A stretch of 32,000 nucleotides of DNA from Nostoc sp. PCC 7120 = FACHB-418 (lineage in GTDB: Bacteria > Cyanobacteriota > Cyanobacteriia > Cyanobacteriales > Nostocaceae), in contig NC_003240.1 in the NCBI RefSeq assembly GCF_000009705.1, forward strand, positions 154,615 to 186,614. The letters run 5' to 3'. A program made the translations under genes and the position numbers. Each line of letters starts with the position of its first letter. Position 1 is the first letter of the stretch. Positions 31,760 to 32,000 of the stretch are shown here, piece by piece. The notes under the pieces were generated by a model. It was not told the origin of the DNA. It saw only the letters and a program-made list of their open reading frames with translations, and searched no databases.

Positions 31760-32000
31760 CTATTTATCCTTGCGAAGTTTCTCGTAAGCAGCTTTGATAA
31801 TGGCTTCCATTGCAGATGCAGCTTCCGGTGTTAAATGGGGGTCTGCACGCAAATACCCCGTAACTTGAGCGAGTGGTTCGGATTCGATTAGAGTATCCTG
31901 TTCGCGCTTGATAAAGGAGTCCGCTTTCAGCCCAGACCATGCTAACAAAGTCGCCATACTGTCTACATCTGGTCGTCTACCTTGCGCGATCCGAGTCAAG
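31760..32000 (-). CDS. XRE-family HTH regulator, C-terminal part (5' end lies beyond the window)
   Basis: The frame is open to the window edge. ...TRIAQGRRPDVDSMATLLAWSGLKADSFI is typical of the end of an HTH_3 domain. Classic pairing with ImmA/IrrE. Confidence 0.6.
   Translation of the reverse strand, partial: LTRIAQGRRPDVDSMATLLAWSGLKADSFIKREQDTLIESEPLAQVTGYLRADPHLTPEAASAMEAIIKAAYEKLRKDK

Noticed and set aside
1-32000. Search for CRISPR arrays, tRNA, rRNA or tmRNA genes.
   Set aside because: No regularly spaced direct repeats with unique spacers were seen. No cloverleaf-compatible segment or rRNA-like conserved block was recognised. Manual scanning is not exhaustive.

Overview
The window is AT-rich but holds at least 13 perfect GCGATCGC (HIP1) octamers, which points to a cyanobacterial replicon. 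The gene content suggests a plasmid or integrated mobile element of a filamentous (Nostocales-like) cyanobacterium. All family calls come from motif recognition by eye; no searches were run.

Left to right, the window contains:
1. Two hypothetical genes and an atypical NarL/LuxR-type response regulator.
2. Two tandem ParA/MinD-like P-loop genes.
3. An Rpn-type PD-(D/E)XK nuclease (putative transposase) with a DUF4351 tail, followed by a duplicated 3' fragment of the same gene.
4. A Prim-Pol-like replication protein with iteron-like repeats upstream, and a ParB-N-domain protein.
5. A minus-strand block encoding an FtsK/SpoIIIE translocase, a RusA-like resolvase, a small P-loop protein and two membrane proteins.
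6. A free-standing LAGLIDADG homing-endonuclease gene with three Myb/SANT-like repeats. It is split by a 1166-bp IS with 18-bp inverted repeats, a 9-bp target duplication and a -1 frameshift site in its transposase.
7. A ten-gene minus-strand operon of small membrane or secreted proteins, ending in an M23 peptidase and a lambda-R-like (GH104) lytic transglycosylase.
8. A Septu-like ABC-ATPase plus HNH pair that looks decayed: degenerate Walker A, no canonical start for the first strand, and an in-frame TAA in the HNH gene.
9. An RHH regulator with a palindromic operator, a protein built from two repeated HTH-like modules, a GIY-YIG nuclease and an ImmA/IrrE-XRE pair.

No rRNA, tRNA or CRISPR array was seen.

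The most interesting hypothesis is that the FtsK-like translocase, the small membrane proteins and the two cell-wall hydrolases form an uncharacterised DNA-transfer or spreading apparatus. No VirB4, VirD4 or relaxase is recognisable in the window. The layout is conceptually closer to actinomycete TraB/Spd systems than to classical type IV secretion.
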